Source: Neophaeotheca triangularis (Eukaryota). Taken from it: DNA of 64,000 nt. The notes below the pieces were generated by a model. That model was not told the DNA's origin, ran no database searches, and worked only from the letters and a program-made list of their open reading frames with translations. Location of the stretch: the NCBI GenBank assembly GCA_054600435.1, contig BAAIJX010000055.1:62001-126000 (forward strand), in the 5' to 3' direction. Numbering within the stretch: position 1 is the first letter of the stretch; the number at the start of each line of letters is the position of its first letter. The translations under genes were made by a program, and so were the position numbers. This document shows positions 47,757 through 59,302 of this stretch, piece after piece.

Positions 47757-50660
47757 CTAAAAAACATCCTCCGGCCACTCAAAAGCCTCCTTAACAACCG
47801 CCCTGCCAGCTTGCTGACTCCCCAGCTCTAGCTCCCCCGCCAGATCAGTCTTCCCGCCTTCACCAACACCGCCTTCTTCGCTGTGGCCAAAACCGGACAT
47901 ACCACCAGTCCCATCCCCAGCAACAATAATCTCATCGCCAAAAACCACACCGCCTCTCTTACTCGCGCGCCTCGCCTCCGCATCGCCATCGTCGTCAACG
48001 CCCGCAATCCTGCGCCTCATCTGCGCACCAATCCCACCGCCGCCGCCCTCAAGCTCAGGCTCCTCGACCACAACGCCCAATTCGCTGCCACTGCGACTAC
48101 CCTGGGCAACGGCACCAGGAGCGCCGTCGGCATTCTCCATTTCCTCTCCCATGCCACGGCCTTGGCCTTCGCGAGGAAGAGCGTCGAAAGGTCCAGCATA
48201 GCTGAGCGGGCGCGCCGTCTCCAAGGGCGAAAGAGCCGTGGAGCCGTCGCGAGAAGAGCCAAAAGTGATGGCTTGGCCGATGAGCTCGGAGCCCGCGAGC
48301 GAAGCGTCGTCGTTGTCGTGGGAGGAGCGACGGGAAGAAGAGCCGTCGTCGGTGCCAGGACCAGGGCCGACGGTCTTCGCAGCCTTGGCGCCGGCTTTCT
48401 TGACCGCGGTCTTTGCGCTTTCCCCCCCCGTAGCGTCTGTGCCGGACTTTTTGCCTTTCTTCCCAACAGCGCGTTTAGTCTTCTTCCGCCGCGGCGTGCC
48501 GGCTTCTTCCTCGCTGTCTTCGCCGGCGTTGTCGGGCTTGAAAGCCTTGTCCTCGTCGCCAATGGATTTACGTTTTTTCGTAGAGGGGCGGTTTTTCTTC
48601 TCTTTGGCCGCGGCTTTGACTGAGGCGTCTAGGGCTTTGAGTTTGGCGTCGAGGGCTGCGGAGGTAGTGGGGTTGGTAGGAGCTTCACTACGAGATTGAG
48701 AGGGAGTGAATGCTTCATTGCTGGGTTTGAAGTTGGGGTCCATTGTTAGGTTATTATCGGCTTGGTCTGTGACGAGGGCGTCGGACGTGAAGGGTGTGAG
48801 TTCTGAGTCTTGGGTTGCTGGGAGTGAGTAAATTGGGTCGTTGTTGTCGAGATTGTTGTCAGAGTTGTGGAATGAAGTCGAGTCGCCTGTGATGGTAGTG
48901 GTAGTCTCTGGCAAACCGAGCGAGAGACTTGAGACACGTGCAGGGTACCGATTCACTGGCCGACTAGCTCTCGAGCGGCCTCGAATTGTTTCCTCGCCGT
49001 CTTCAAAATCTGGCATGAGTTCAGAGGGATCGAGAGGTAGGTGATTGTTTGAGGTCGCAATCATGCTCTCCGTCAAAACTGGCTCAGTGAACTCGGCACC
49101 AGCGTGCGCATGGTCATCCGCATCGCGCATGTGGACATCTTGATCCTGACGCTTCTTCTCCATCTCGTCGGCGAAAAGCAAACGTTCGCTCGGAAGACTA
49201 GGTAGGCCACCTCCAGTGAAGCGTGGCCGGACTTTGGGTCGCTTGATGGTGCTGCCAGGGGTTGGAGTAAAGCGTTCGTAGTGGTTGCTCAGTTTGGGCA
49301 TGGGGCTAGCTTGGACTAAAGCATCGTCGAGCTCGCGCCGCGCGAGTTGCAGTTTGCCTTCTAGATCGCTCACGCGTTTGGATAGCTTGTGCTGCTTGCG
49401 TAGGTCGGCTTTAGACTTGGTGGGCTTGAGTGATGGCAAGTCCTCTGGTGCGTCATGCTCGTGCTGCTGTTGCGAGGTATTGCTTTTGATGGGCGAGAGA
49501 GAGGTCGTAGAGTCACGGCTTTGGTTTGCCGCAATGTTGTATTCGGACCTCACGCGCTTGAGGTCGTTGGAGAATGCGCTTTTGAGGTTGAACATGCTTG
49601 GCTTGCGGAAAGTGGTGCTGAGGCGGTTCTTGAGAGTTTTCGACGATGAGGCGAATGATTGAGGAGCCTCGCTACTGGTACGACTTCCCACATCTGTTTG
49701 GGGAAGGGTGAGGTGAGACCCCTGAGAAGGATTACGAGCGCGATCCATCAATGGTCGGTCATCGTGGGTAGCGCCGCCATAAGCTGTTGTCGAAGCCTGA
49801 CTCCTGTAGTGTCCAACAGGCGTGTAGGCAAACTGCCCGGAAGCCTTCATCTCGGCATACCGCGCCTCCGCCTCCGCCTTTTGCTGAGCTTTACGTTCCT
49901 CCTCTTCCTTCGCCCTGGCAGCAGCTTCCTCCTGCTTCTTGCGCTCCAACTCTTCAGCATTCTTACGGGCAAGATCATCCTTGGTATCGCTCCACACCTT
50001 CTTCCAGATAGAGACGGGGCGGAAATTGAACTTGAAGCCGTCACCCCACCCAAAGAGTCCTTTTGACCGATGCCTATCCTCATCCTCCGTTGCCGTGTGA
50101 TTGATGCTGTTGACATCCTGATCCATGGTTGCAATGTTTTGCTCGATAATAGCAGGAGTGGACGTTGGTCCAGTGTCCTCGGAGCCACGGTGGTAATCCT
50201 CCATGAGCCGATCAACCTGCTGGATATTGCCGCTGTCCGTCCTAGTAAAACGGGTAAAGGCACTTGGTGGTTTCTCACTCGGCTTGTCCTGTAGGCTTCC
50301 TTCTTTGAATTTGCTTCCACGTCCTGGTAAAGGTGGTGGTGGAGAATTCCTCTGCGACTTGGCTTCTTGACGGAGATTGACGTTGGAGAGGTTATTAACG
50401 CCCTTTTTACGTCGAAGTCCTTTGTGATGGGAGGTAGATGGTGCTTCGCTCTCTGAGATGTTACCCGAGACGTCGGAAGTGTCTTGATTCACGTGAGACT
50501 TGCTTCGTTTGGGTGTGTGATGAGATTGGGTATCGTCGGTGTAAGTGAAGCCATCGCGGAGCTCGTGGATCTCGTTAGGGTCGTCGTCATTTTGAGTGCG
50601 TTTCCTTTTGGATCTGCTGGCTGTGATATCTTTGGGTGGGACTGGTGGTGGACTGCCCAT
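47757..50660 (-). CDS. Largely disordered protein of unknown function with coiled-coil segments and basic NLS-like tracts
   Basis: 967-codon ORF; GSKFKEGSLQDKPS..PPS and KLSKRVSDLEGKLQLARREL blocks resemble a fungal family of unknown function (recalled, not searched). Confidence 0.75.
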   Translation of the reverse strand: MGSPPPVPPKDITASRSKRKRTQNDDDPNEIHELRDGFTYTDDTQSHHTPKRSKSHVNQDTSDVSGNISESEAPSTSHHKGLRRKKGVNNLSNVNLRQEAKSQRNSPPPPLPGRGSKFKEGSLQDKPSEKPPSAFTRFTRTDSGNIQQVDRLMEDYHRGSEDTGPTSTPAIIEQNIATMDQDVNSINHTATEDEDRHRSKGLFGWGDGFKFNFRPVSIWKKVWSDTKDDLARKNAEELERKKQEEAAARAKEEEERKAQQKAEAEARYAEMKASGQFAYTPVGHYRSQASTTAYGGATHDDRPLMDRARNPSQGSHLTLPQTDVGSRTSSEAPQSFASSSKTLKNRLSTTFRKPSMFNLKSAFSNDLKRVRSEYNIAANQSRDSTTSLSPIKSNTSQQQHEHDAPEDLPSLKPTKSKADLRKQHKLSKRVSDLEGKLQLARRELDDALVQASPMPKLSNHYERFTPTPGSTIKRPKVRPRFTGGGLPSLPSERLLFADEMEKKRQDQDVHMRDADDHAHAGAEFTEPVLTESMIATSNNHLPLDPSELMPDFEDGEETIRGRSRASRPVNRYPARVSSLSLGLPETTTTITGDSTSFHNSDNNLDNNDPIYSLPATQDSELTPFTSDALVTDQADNNLTMDPNFKPSNEAFTPSQSRSEAPTNPTTSAALDAKLKALDASVKAAAKEKKNRPSTKKRKSIGDEDKAFKPDNAGEDSEEEAGTPRRKKTKRAVGKKGKKSGTDATGGESAKTAVKKAGAKAAKTVGPGPGTDDGSSSRRSSHDNDDASLAGSELIGQAITFGSSRDGSTALSPLETARPLSYAGPFDALPREGQGRGMGEEMENADGAPGAVAQGSRSGSELGVVVEEPELEGGGGGIGAQMRRRIAGVDDDGDAEARRASKRGGVVFGDEIIVAGDGTGGMSGFGHSEEGGVGEGGKTDLAGELELGSQQAGRAVVKEAFEWPEDVF

Positions 50661-52120
50661 GACGGGTAGATTCCTGAACTTGCAGCAAAGTCAAGAAAGA
50701 AGCAATATGTACAGATAATGAGGTGAAGAAGGAGGAATAATTGTAGCTTTCTTCGAAGACGCGCGTGAACTGGCTCAGGGTCGTTGTCTAAGCGCGGACC
50801 CCAGAGTTTAGCTCGCAACTCTATTTAGACTCCGAGTCCACGTGCGCTGCTCAGTGGAGAGACACTACGGGCTTGGCAACCATACCTAGGTACGTCTTTC
50901 GGCAACATTCCATGATGATGTTGGCAGTGAAGAGACAGAAAGACGACGTATGTTTGTCACTCGAGGCTATCGGGGTATATATATACGAATGCTCGAATGT
51001 GCTACGTCGTACCGCCATCTATGCTCATGCTGTATCGGCTTCTCCAGCTTGCCGGAGACGCTGTGTAATGATAGGGGAAATGCTCGGAATCCTGCAGCTC
51101 GAGCGTGACATGAGTGACCAAAGTCCTTGAAATCGTACGTTGCCTTTGAGACTGCGGTGAGACACACGCATACACACACACAGAATGATTTAAGATGTTT
51201 CCTTTCGAACCATGTCTCGGTGGTGTAGCTCTTTACCCCTGAGCCTGCCAGGCGGCCGAGAGAGCACCGAACCAGCAACATTCGTCTCCCAACTGCTGCA
51301 GCTTTCTTGACCATCTACCGACAGAAAACCAAGAAGACTGCGGTATGTTTGCTTTCGCGGGATCGAATGGATGTACTGTCCTTGTTGATGGATGTCGACG
51401 GTTGCAGCCAGATTTTGATCGGCCTCGAGGACGCCTTTGTGGCTCTTCACGGCTACTACTTCAAGACAATAATCGTCTAGCCTGCATCGATATTCTCTAT
51501 TTTCTTCAATGAGGTAGAGGCAGGTGGAAAATCCGGAAAAGTTCAAAAGATCATGTGTCAGGAATAAGTTACGGTACCTACCTTAGGAAGGAATGTATTC
51601 AAGTTAAGGCCCACTCCACCCGCGCGACCCACCTCCGCATTCTCTCCGCCAAACCGAAAGCGTCATTCGGCGATAACCGGCAAGCTGCCATCACCTCAGC
51701 CAGCCGTGTGTCCGACTACCTACACCTCTCGTATCGTTACTTTTGCTTGACAGCGGATAGGTCGAAAAGGACCGCCATGCCCGCGGTTGAACCTTGTCAG
51801 TCGCGACTGCTAATCACCTTCATAGTTCATACATACCCCACCTTGCATCACTTTAGTGTTCCAATTTCTCCATCTGTCCACCACATGACGCTAAGGAGGT
51901 GAACAAGACGACAGAAGACAACTCACTCGATACTGCGTGAAAGTGACGAAAAGTTACGCTGCTGGACAGGTACACGGAGACAAGAAAACTCAGAAGCAAG
52001 CCTGGAGCAACCCCCCAGAGTCGAATACCACCCACATCTTCTCAGTCAACCACATAAGGAACAACCTTGGAGACGAACAGGCCATCCACCGTCAAAGCCA
52101 CCGACCTCCATACGAACACC

Positions 52121-52714
52121 ATGCCAACCCAACGCCCCTTCCTCAGCAACTTCCTCGCCGCCTTCCGCGCCCAACCGCGACCCCAAAGCCTCCCCAAACC
52201 AAGCCCCACCACAACCTCCACCAGCACCGCAATATCAACGTCAACAACAACTCAACAAGCCCAAACCTATTGGTCCGCCTCCGCACCTTCACAACCACAA
52301 CCGCAACCCCAAACCAACCAGACAACCCCCGACCAACCAAACCAAACTTCCTCAGCCCCCCGCCCCATCAATCAAAAACCCGTGCCCACACCCAGCCACC
52401 AACAAAGCCAAGCACTGCAACACACCGTAACGCCCACCACGCACCTCCCGCACCCACAAAACCACCCACAAACTCCCTCAACGCCAACAACCTACCCCAC
52501 CCCCCAAGAAGCTCACCGCAGCCGCAGTTCCCGGCGCCGGGGCAGCGATAGCAGCGACAGCAGCGGCGGGTTCCGGCCCGTGGGCTCTGGCGGGGCTGAG
52601 AAGTGGTGGATTGGGGGCCGGACGCCTGCGGGCGAGGAGAGGTTTTATCGGCTGGGGTTGGTGAGGAGGGAGAGAAGTGCGGATCGAGGGAGTGTTGATC
52701 GATTGAGTCTTTGA
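52121..52714 (+). CDS. Conserved-looking fungal hypothetical protein
   Basis: MPTQRPFLSNFLAAFRA start, low-complexity middle, C-terminal RRRGSDSS..GGF..EKWWIGGRTPAGEERFYRLG block. Confidence 0.75.
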   Translation: MPTQRPFLSNFLAAFRAQPRPQSLPKPSPTTTSTSTAISTSTTTQQAQTYWSASAPSQPQPQPQTNQTTPDQPNQTSSAPRPINQKPVPTPSHQQSQALQHTVTPTTHLPHPQNHPQTPSTPTTYPTPQEAHRSRSSRRRGSDSSDSSGGFRPVGSGGAEKWWIGGRTPAGEERFYRLGLVRRERSADRGSVDRLSL

Positions 52715-53535
52715 AGGGGGCCATGGAGGTATTGAGAGGTCGTTGGTGGGCTGGTATGGAGGATGAGAAGCGCGGCCTTTGAAATGGGGACGATGCGAAT
52801 AAGCTGTGAGAGCTGGACGGAATGGGACGAGGACACGTTTTCTCACGCAAGGCGTTTCGGCGAAAAGAGTTTACATCAATAAGATGCCACGCACGTTGGT
52901 AGTTCGCGGCGGGATCAGTGGGTTGAATACTGCACATACACGGCCCCTTCACTTGAAAGCAGCTAATTGGCTGCCAGAGCTGTACATACAGAACTCTCCA
53001 CTTCAATACAGGGCGGAAGAAGAGTAGCTTGGTTTCTAGACGAGATTATGCGGGAATATGATATTATGAAATTTGCTAAAGGTCTTTTGAATCGATCCTG
53101 TTTTTCCGCATGTTCCCTCGTTGGTGTTGGTATCGAAGCTGAAAGGAGAGAGAGACCGTTATTTTGGCGCTTGAGACAGCCCAAGGTAGAGCCCTCCTCT
53201 TATACCAGTGCATAACGTTCACTAGCACCGGAACTTGTTACCATTTAATGAGTATTTAAAGAAATAGGAATTATCCCAATCTGGGTTTGAGGATGGGCAA
53301 AATGCAGGAGCTGTGCCTGACTGTCACCTGGAAACAACCTTGGACCTCCGGCGAGAAGGCGAACGTCGAGGGATGGCAGTCCCTCCGCTAGCGCGGCTAC
53401 ACGGTGAGCCAATCACCAACCAGGAGCAATCGATAAGATAGTACATTACTTTACCCACCCTTCCCCTCTACACGTTCTCTTCACCCTCTGACAGCCACAA
53501 ACCCACTACCACAATCCCCCACCCCTCCCACAAAA

Positions 53536-54144
53536 ATGTCCGACAACGTCGGCCTAACCACCCCGCGAGGCAGCGGCACAAGCGGTTACGTCCAACGCAA
53601 CACCGCGCACCTCAAACCGCGCGACTTCCACAAACCCTACCCGGGCGGCCCCAACCGCACCAACGACAAAGAGCAACCGAAGAAATATATCCAGCGCAAA
53701 CCCGACGCGGCAATACTCGAGCACAATCGCTTACGCGCTATCGAGAGCAAAGTCTTCGCGCTCCGAGACGAGCTGGAGGAAGAGGGGAAGCTCGGGGAAG
53801 AGGAGATTGAAGAGAGGTGTGAGGGGTTGAGGAAGGAGTTGAGCGCGAAAGGGGTGGAGAGTGTTGATGGGAGTGCGGGGGGTAAGGGGAGGAAGGAGGA
53901 TGCGCATGAGTTGGCTAGGAGGAAGATTGAGGAGAGTGAGCGGTTCAGAAAGGCTTTGGGGGTGAGGGAGGATTATGAGGAGGGGGGGTATTGGAAGCGG
54001 AAGGAGGAGGTTCAGGAGGAGAGGAGGCGGAGGGATGAGGAGGGGGAGCGCAAGGGGGAGGAGAGGGGTGGTGGAGGCTGGGAGGAGAAGGTTAGACAGA
54101 GGGAGAAGGATAGGCAGGGGGCTAGGGGGTATGATTTCGATTAA
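53536..54144 (+). CDS. CWC21: Pre-mRNA splicing factor Cwc21
   Basis: Signature MSDNVGLTTPRGSGTSGYVQRN; RKPDAAILEHNRLRAIESKVFALRDELEEEG. Confidence 0.95.
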   Translation: MSDNVGLTTPRGSGTSGYVQRNTAHLKPRDFHKPYPGGPNRTNDKEQPKKYIQRKPDAAILEHNRLRAIESKVFALRDELEEEGKLGEEEIEERCEGLRKELSAKGVESVDGSAGGKGRKEDAHELARRKIEESERFRKALGVREDYEEGGYWKRKEEVQEERRRRDEEGERKGEERGGGGWEEKVRQREKDRQGARGYDFD

Positions 54145-54884
54145 GGAGGGCTTTGTGTGGGCTTCTTTGGGATTGCTTGTTGTACAGCGAGGCGTTGGTG
54201 GGAAAGATGGGGTTCATGGTTACATGGCTGAAAGAATAGGCGAAGGACGTTCGGCAAACGAGCAACGTTTGTACCTCGCGAGCCGAAACTATCTCGCCGC
54301 TCGAAAGCTACAGTTCAGGGTCGCTTTCGGAGCGCGAAACTTCACCACCGTTCGGAATGGAGATTACATCCCGAATCGCGGCGATGTAGTCGAATAATGA
54401 GAAGCAGAGGGTCGCGGCAGCTGTTCCACGCAAAACAGTCATGCCACAGACTCCTCACAATGGAGAACATCAGTCGAGGGGCAGCGCGACCGACGAGGGC
54501 GCTGGGAGCAAACTGCGTTCCGATCCCTACAAAGAACAGAAAGAGGCAGTTATCTGTCTGGCGGGGTTATGTATGCCCTGCCTCTTTTTCCGTAAGCAAG
54601 ATAGCCGGAACCAAGCGAACCATAACACGTCCATGCAATAATGTTAGAAGCGAATCAGTGATATGGACTTTCACATCGTAGAGAGCGTCCCTAGGCTTAA
54701 GCCTGTGGGTATCCGTACTATTTCAACTGACTCGAAAATCCAACATGAGACCTAGCTCAGATTGCCAACAGCCCGCCTCGTTGAAAGGCAGAGCTTCCCA
54801 AGCCTGGTACGGCTTTTTTTTTCAACCCCCAACGCCACGCTCAAAACCGCTTTTTGTCTCGACAAGTCCCCTTCACCTCTACTT

Positions 54885-56165
54885 TCATTGCCCGTTCTCC
54901 TTTGCAAAATCCTCGCACCACCTGACAAGCTTCTCCATCGATTCAACACTAACCGCGTTGTAATTGCTCGCTCTCATACCCCCGACACTCCTATGTCCCT
55001 TGACGCCCTTCAGGCCCCTCTCATCGGCGCCCTTGAGGAAAGCTTTTTCGGCAGCATCATCCCCACCCTTGACCCTGAAGCAGATGTTCATGCGGCTGCG
55101 GCAATTGATGTCCGGGACCACCTTGAAAACATCCCCAGAGTTATCTAGAACCCTGTACAACATTGCCGCTTTGCCATTACTTTCATCCTCCTGGCCAGAA
55201 ATCCTGGGCGCGCCTGCGGACGCCGGGTGCAGCTGGAGCAGGCGTTCCATGACTTTACCTGCAATCCAGACATCGAAGATGGGGAGGGTGTTGTAGAGAC
55301 TGCCGTTCTTGGAAATTGTAGGCCAGTCCAAGACGACGGGACCAACGCTCAGACCGAGGGTGCGGAGGAGTTTGGGATCGGCCATGGTAGTGTGGGGGGG
55401 TAAGAGGCGGTTCGAGATGATGGCGATGGTGATGCCGGTAGTTCCTACGTTCTTTTGGGCGCCGCCGAAGATGGCCGCGTGGGCTTTGACGTCGATGGGT
55501 CGGGAGAGGAAGTTGGAAGACATGTCCGCGACGAGGTTGGGGCCGCTAGGGGTCGTGGGGAATTCTACGCCGTCGACGGTTTCGTTGTCGCAGTAGTAAG
55601 TCATGGCGCAGGACTTCTCGTCGGTGGTCTGCGACCAGGTGGAGGCGTCGGGGATGGTGCCGAATTTGCCGTTGTTCTCTTTGCGAGCGTCGGTCACAAT
55701 GTTGACATATTCTGGGCCCATGAGGCGGGCGGCTTCCTGGCTGGCTTTGAGCGTCCAGCTGCCGGTGACGAGGTAGTCGAGTTTCATGCTCTTGAGCTCG
55801 GCGCGCATTTTCTCGATGCTAGCCGGGTCGTCGAGGCTGCCGTTGATTTCTTTCCAGCGCTGACCGACCCATAGCGAGACCATGTGGTAGACTGTTGCGC
55901 TGAACTCGCCGCTGCCGCCGCCTTGCAGGAAGAGGATGTCGTAGCCATCGGGTCCGTCTGAAGAGGGGATGTCTAGCAGTTGGCGGAGGTTGTCTTTGGT
56001 TTGGGCGAGGATGGTATTGGCTTCAGGGGAGCGGTGGGAGATTTCTGTTATGCCAATGCCCGAGTCATTGTAGTTGAGGAGGACTTTGGAGGCTTCTTCG
56101 AGGACAGGGGTGGGCAGGGGAGCTGGGCCGGCGCCAAAGTAGTGGACTTGATCGCGGGAAGGCAT
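54885..56165 (-). CDS. SER1: Phosphoserine aminotransferase
   Basis: YFGAGPAPLP, EISHRS, LQGGGSGEF, TGSWT, CDNETVDGVEF, ADMSSN, GAQKNVG, SLYNT, KGHRSVGGMRASNYNA. Confidence 0.96.
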   Translation of the reverse strand: MPSRDQVHYFGAGPAPLPTPVLEEASKVLLNYNDSGIGITEISHRSPEANTILAQTKDNLRQLLDIPSSDGPDGYDILFLQGGGSGEFSATVYHMVSLWVGQRWKEINGSLDDPASIEKMRAELKSMKLDYLVTGSWTLKASQEAARLMGPEYVNIVTDARKENNGKFGTIPDASTWSQTTDEKSCAMTYYCDNETVDGVEFPTTPSGPNLVADMSSNFLSRPIDVKAHAAIFGGAQKNVGTTGITIAIISNRLLPPHTTMADPKLLRTLGLSVGPVVLDWPTISKNGSLYNTLPIFDVWIAGKVMERLLQLHPASAGAPRISGQEDESNGKAAMLYRVLDNSGDVFKVVPDINCRSRMNICFRVKGGDDAAEKAFLKGADERGLKGVKGHRSVGGMRASNYNAVSVESMEKLVRWCEDFAKENGQ

Positions 56166-56230
56166 GATGGGTGACTTTTGTGTAGGTGGTCGGTGTATTG
56201 TCTTGCGTATATGAAAAGCGATTTGATATA

Positions 56231-56236
56231 TGACTC
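56231..56236 (+). promoter_or_regulatory. Candidate Gcn4/CpcA response element (TGACTC) in the SER1-LYS4 divergent promoter
   Basis: ATGACTCG in the 377-bp intergenic region between two amino-acid biosynthesis genes; CCAAT near 56403. Confidence 0.45.
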
Positions 56237-56542
56237 GAGGTTTTTGTTGCTTCTTCAGGCCAAAAGTCGCCAAACGAGGGGGAGGGGCAACGATTCTACG
56301 AAAGTTTGGGGCCTGCGACTTCGGACGAAAGAAAGATCTCGAGGTTAATTTGGGGGCCAAAAGTTTGAACTTCACTTCTTACTTTGCCGCGCTTGTCATT
56401 GGCCAATTTACCTTTTTTCCCTTGTTCCATCTTCCTTCAATCGTTACCCAGTATCCGCCCCGGCATAGTGGTCTTTTCCATATACTGTTCTTTGATGTGC
56501 GATACTCGATAGACTGCCTCCAAGGCGACGCCATATACCGCC

Positions 56543-59065
56543 ATGATCACCCCTAGAATCGGCCGCAGCCTGCAGAGGCTCGCGCGATACACCCAGAGAC
56601 CTAGAGCGATATCAGCCTGCCGAACGATCCCTTTACAGCACCTGCATCACAGCCCGCGGTATTTCTCCTCGGCCCATCGTGTCCAGCAAGCTGCCGCCAC
56701 CGATGCATTCCCCTCCCAGCTCGAGAACGCGCCTCCAGAGATCCTCGAGCAACCCGAACAGCCAGCCGCAACCCCCCAGACCCTCACCGAGAAGATTGTC
56801 CAAAGGTATTCTCAAGGTCTCGCCGATGGCAAGTTCGTTCAATCGGGCGACTATGTCACCCTTGCACCCCATCACTGCATGACCCACGACAACTCCTGGC
56901 CCGTAGCGACAAAGTTCATGAGTATCGGCGCTTCTAAAATCAGCAACCCTTCGCAGATTGTAATGACGCTGGATCACGATGTGCAAAACAAGACGGAAAA
57001 GAACTTGAAGAAGTACTCGCAGATTGAGGAGTTCGCAAAGACGCAAGGCGTGGATTTCTACCCAGCCGGGCGAGGTATCGGACATCAGATCATGGTCGAG
57101 GAGGGCTATGCATGGCCGGGAACTCTGGCCGTGGCGAGTGACAGTCACACCAACATGTACGGCGGTGTGGCTTGTTTGGGTACGCCGGTGGTCAGGACCG
57201 ACGCAGCCAGCATCTGGGCTACAGGGCGGACGTGGTGGCAGATTCCCCCGATTGCCAAGGTCACGTTCACTGGCATGCTGCCGGAGGGTGTGACTGGCAA
57301 GGACATCATTGTGGCTTTGTGTGGGCTTTTCAACAACGACGAGGTCCTGAATCATGCCATTGAATTCACGGGTTCCTGGGAGACGATGAAGAGTTTGCCA
57401 GTGGACGACCGGTTAGCGATTGCGAACATGACCACGGAATGGGGCGCTCTATCAGGACTTTTCCCGATTGATGATGTGCTCAAGGGATGGTTGCGGTTCA
57501 AGGCAACCGAGGCGAGCATGTACAAGGCACCCGCCGAGACTTCGTCACCAACCGCCCATCGTTTCAACCACGAACGTCTGGACGAGCTGTTTGCAAACCC
57601 CCTCTCGGCCGACAAGGGCGCGACTTACGCCAAAGAGTTGTTCTTGGATCTTTCGACACTCTCACCTTACGTTTCTGGACCCAACTCGGTCAAGGTTGCC
57701 ACTCCGCTTGTTGAATTGGAATCTCAAGACATCAAGGTGAACAGGGCTTACCTTGTCTCCTGCACAAACAGCCGACGGTCTGATATCGCCGCCGCCGCAA
57801 AGGTCTTCAAAGATGCAGCTGCGGCCAACGGCGGTACTATCCCCAAGATCGCACAAGGCGTTAACTTTTACATCGCCGCAGCATCGCTGCCCGAACAGCA
57901 AGCCGCCGAGGAGCAAGGCGATTGGCAAGCGCTTCTCGAAGCAGGCGCACAACCTCTCCCATCAGGCTGCGGTCCATGCATTGGACTTGGGACGGGTCTT
58001 CTCGAACCCGGCGAAGTTGGCATCAGCGCAAGCAACCGGAACTTCAAGGGCCGCATGGGCAGCACAGACGCAAAAGCCTACCTTTCCAGCCCTGAGGTCG
58101 TAGCAGCAAGCGCACTCCAAGGCAAGATTGCGGGACCGGGCTGGTACCAGAAACCCGCCGACTGGACGGGCGTCATCCGAGGCGAAGGCGATGGTGTCAA
58201 GGAAGAAGAGCGCATGATCAGCATCGAAGACGCGCTGGACAAACTCGTCCGCGAAGCCGAAGAAGCCGTGGCCCAAGGCGAGCAAGCTCTCGCTGGAGCC
58301 GGTGGTGCCTCCACAGCCCTCCCTTTGAACAGCAACAGCTCCACCGACTCTGACGATTCCACCCAACTGACCGAGATCCTCCCCGGCTTCCCCGAAAAAG
58401 TTTCCGGCGAAATCGTCTGGTGCGACGCCGACAACGTCAACACCGACGCCATCTACCCAGGCAAATACACCTACGACGACGCCTTCAGCTCCTCGGCCGA
58501 GAAAATGGCCACGGTAACAATGGAAAACTACGACCCCGCCTTTGCCCAAAAAGCCCAAACCGGCGACATCCTAGTCTCGGGTTTCAACTTCGGCTGCGGC
58601 AGTTCGCGCGAACAAGCGGCCACCGCCATCCTCGCAAAGGGCATCCCCCTCGTCGTCTCTGGCAGTTTCGGCAACATCTTCAGTCGCAACAGCATCAACA
58701 ACGCCCTCATGGGCGTCGAAGTACCGCGCCTCATCTCCCGCTTGCGCCAGCACTTCTCCTCCAACCCCTCGTCTTCCACCGGCCAAGCTGGTAAACAAGC
58801 CATCACCGAGCCCGCCCAGAATGCCCAAAGTCTGGACTCCCCGCCTCCGGCTCCCGTTAGCAAGCCTGAGGCCAAGAAAGAGTTGACTGTGCGCACGGGT
58901 TGGACTTTTACATGGGATGTCAGGAGGAGTCGGGTTGTTGTTAAAGAGGGTGAGAATGGGGAGGAGTGGGTACAGAAGGTTGGGGAGCTGCCGCCGAATG
59001 TGCAAGAGATTATTGCAAGGGGTGGATTGGAAAAGTGGGTGAAGAACGAGATTGGTGGGGCGTAA
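56543..59065 (+). CDS. LYS4: Mitochondrial homoaconitase
   Basis: [80 protein letters not shown]. Confidence 0.97.
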   Translation: MITPRIGRSLQRLARYTQRPRAISACRTIPLQHLHHSPRYFSSAHRVQQAAATDAFPSQLENAPPEILEQPEQPAATPQTLTEKIVQRYSQGLADGKFVQSGDYVTLAPHHCMTHDNSWPVATKFMSIGASKISNPSQIVMTLDHDVQNKTEKNLKKYSQIEEFAKTQGVDFYPAGRGIGHQIMVEEGYAWPGTLAVASDSHTNMYGGVACLGTPVVRTDAASIWATGRTWWQIPPIAKVTFTGMLPEGVTGKDIIVALCGLFNNDEVLNHAIEFTGSWETMKSLPVDDRLAIANMTTEWGALSGLFPIDDVLKGWLRFKATEASMYKAPAETSSPTAHRFNHERLDELFANPLSADKGATYAKELFLDLSTLSPYVSGPNSVKVATPLVELESQDIKVNRAYLVSCTNSRRSDIAAAAKVFKDAAAANGGTIPKIAQGVNFYIAAASLPEQQAAEEQGDWQALLEAGAQPLPSGCGPCIGLGTGLLEPGEVGISASNRNFKGRMGSTDAKAYLSSPEVVAASALQGKIAGPGWYQKPADWTGVIRGEGDGVKEEERMISIEDALDKLVREAEEAVAQGEQALAGAGGASTALPLNSNSSTDSDDSTQLTEILPGFPEKVSGEIVWCDADNVNTDAIYPGKYTYDDAFSSSAEKMATVTMENYDPAFAQKAQTGDILVSGFNFGCGSSREQAATAILAKGIPLVVSGSFGNIFSRNSINNALMGVEVPRLISRLRQHFSSNPSSSTGQAGKQAITEPAQNAQSLDSPPPAPVSKPEAKKELTVRTGWTFTWDVRRSRVVVKEGENGEEWVQKVGELPPNVQEIIARGGLEKWVKNEIGGA

Positions 59066-59302
59066 AGAAGATCATGGAGTTCATAGTAGGGACTTTGGGT
59101 TCCCTTGGGCATTGGTGAGTGTGTAAGACGAGTTACTGTAAGATATCTCAGCATGAGTGTGTAGGAATTGATACCCAACTAGTGCTGAACAGATATCTTC
59201 ACTTTATGCAGGGAACTCGTTCTCAACTATTCAGTCAAGTGCCCACCCAACAACCGGTGCCCGTCGGGATTTTGTTCTGTCGGGGGCGCCTTTGCCTCGC
59301 AG

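Noticed and set aside
56166..56375. N-terminal extension of the SER1 ORF in the ORF track (also for RFC4, the Pex39-like gene and EMC7)
   Set aside because: Begins at a non-ATG codon under bacterial-style calling; family similarity starts at the downstream ATG
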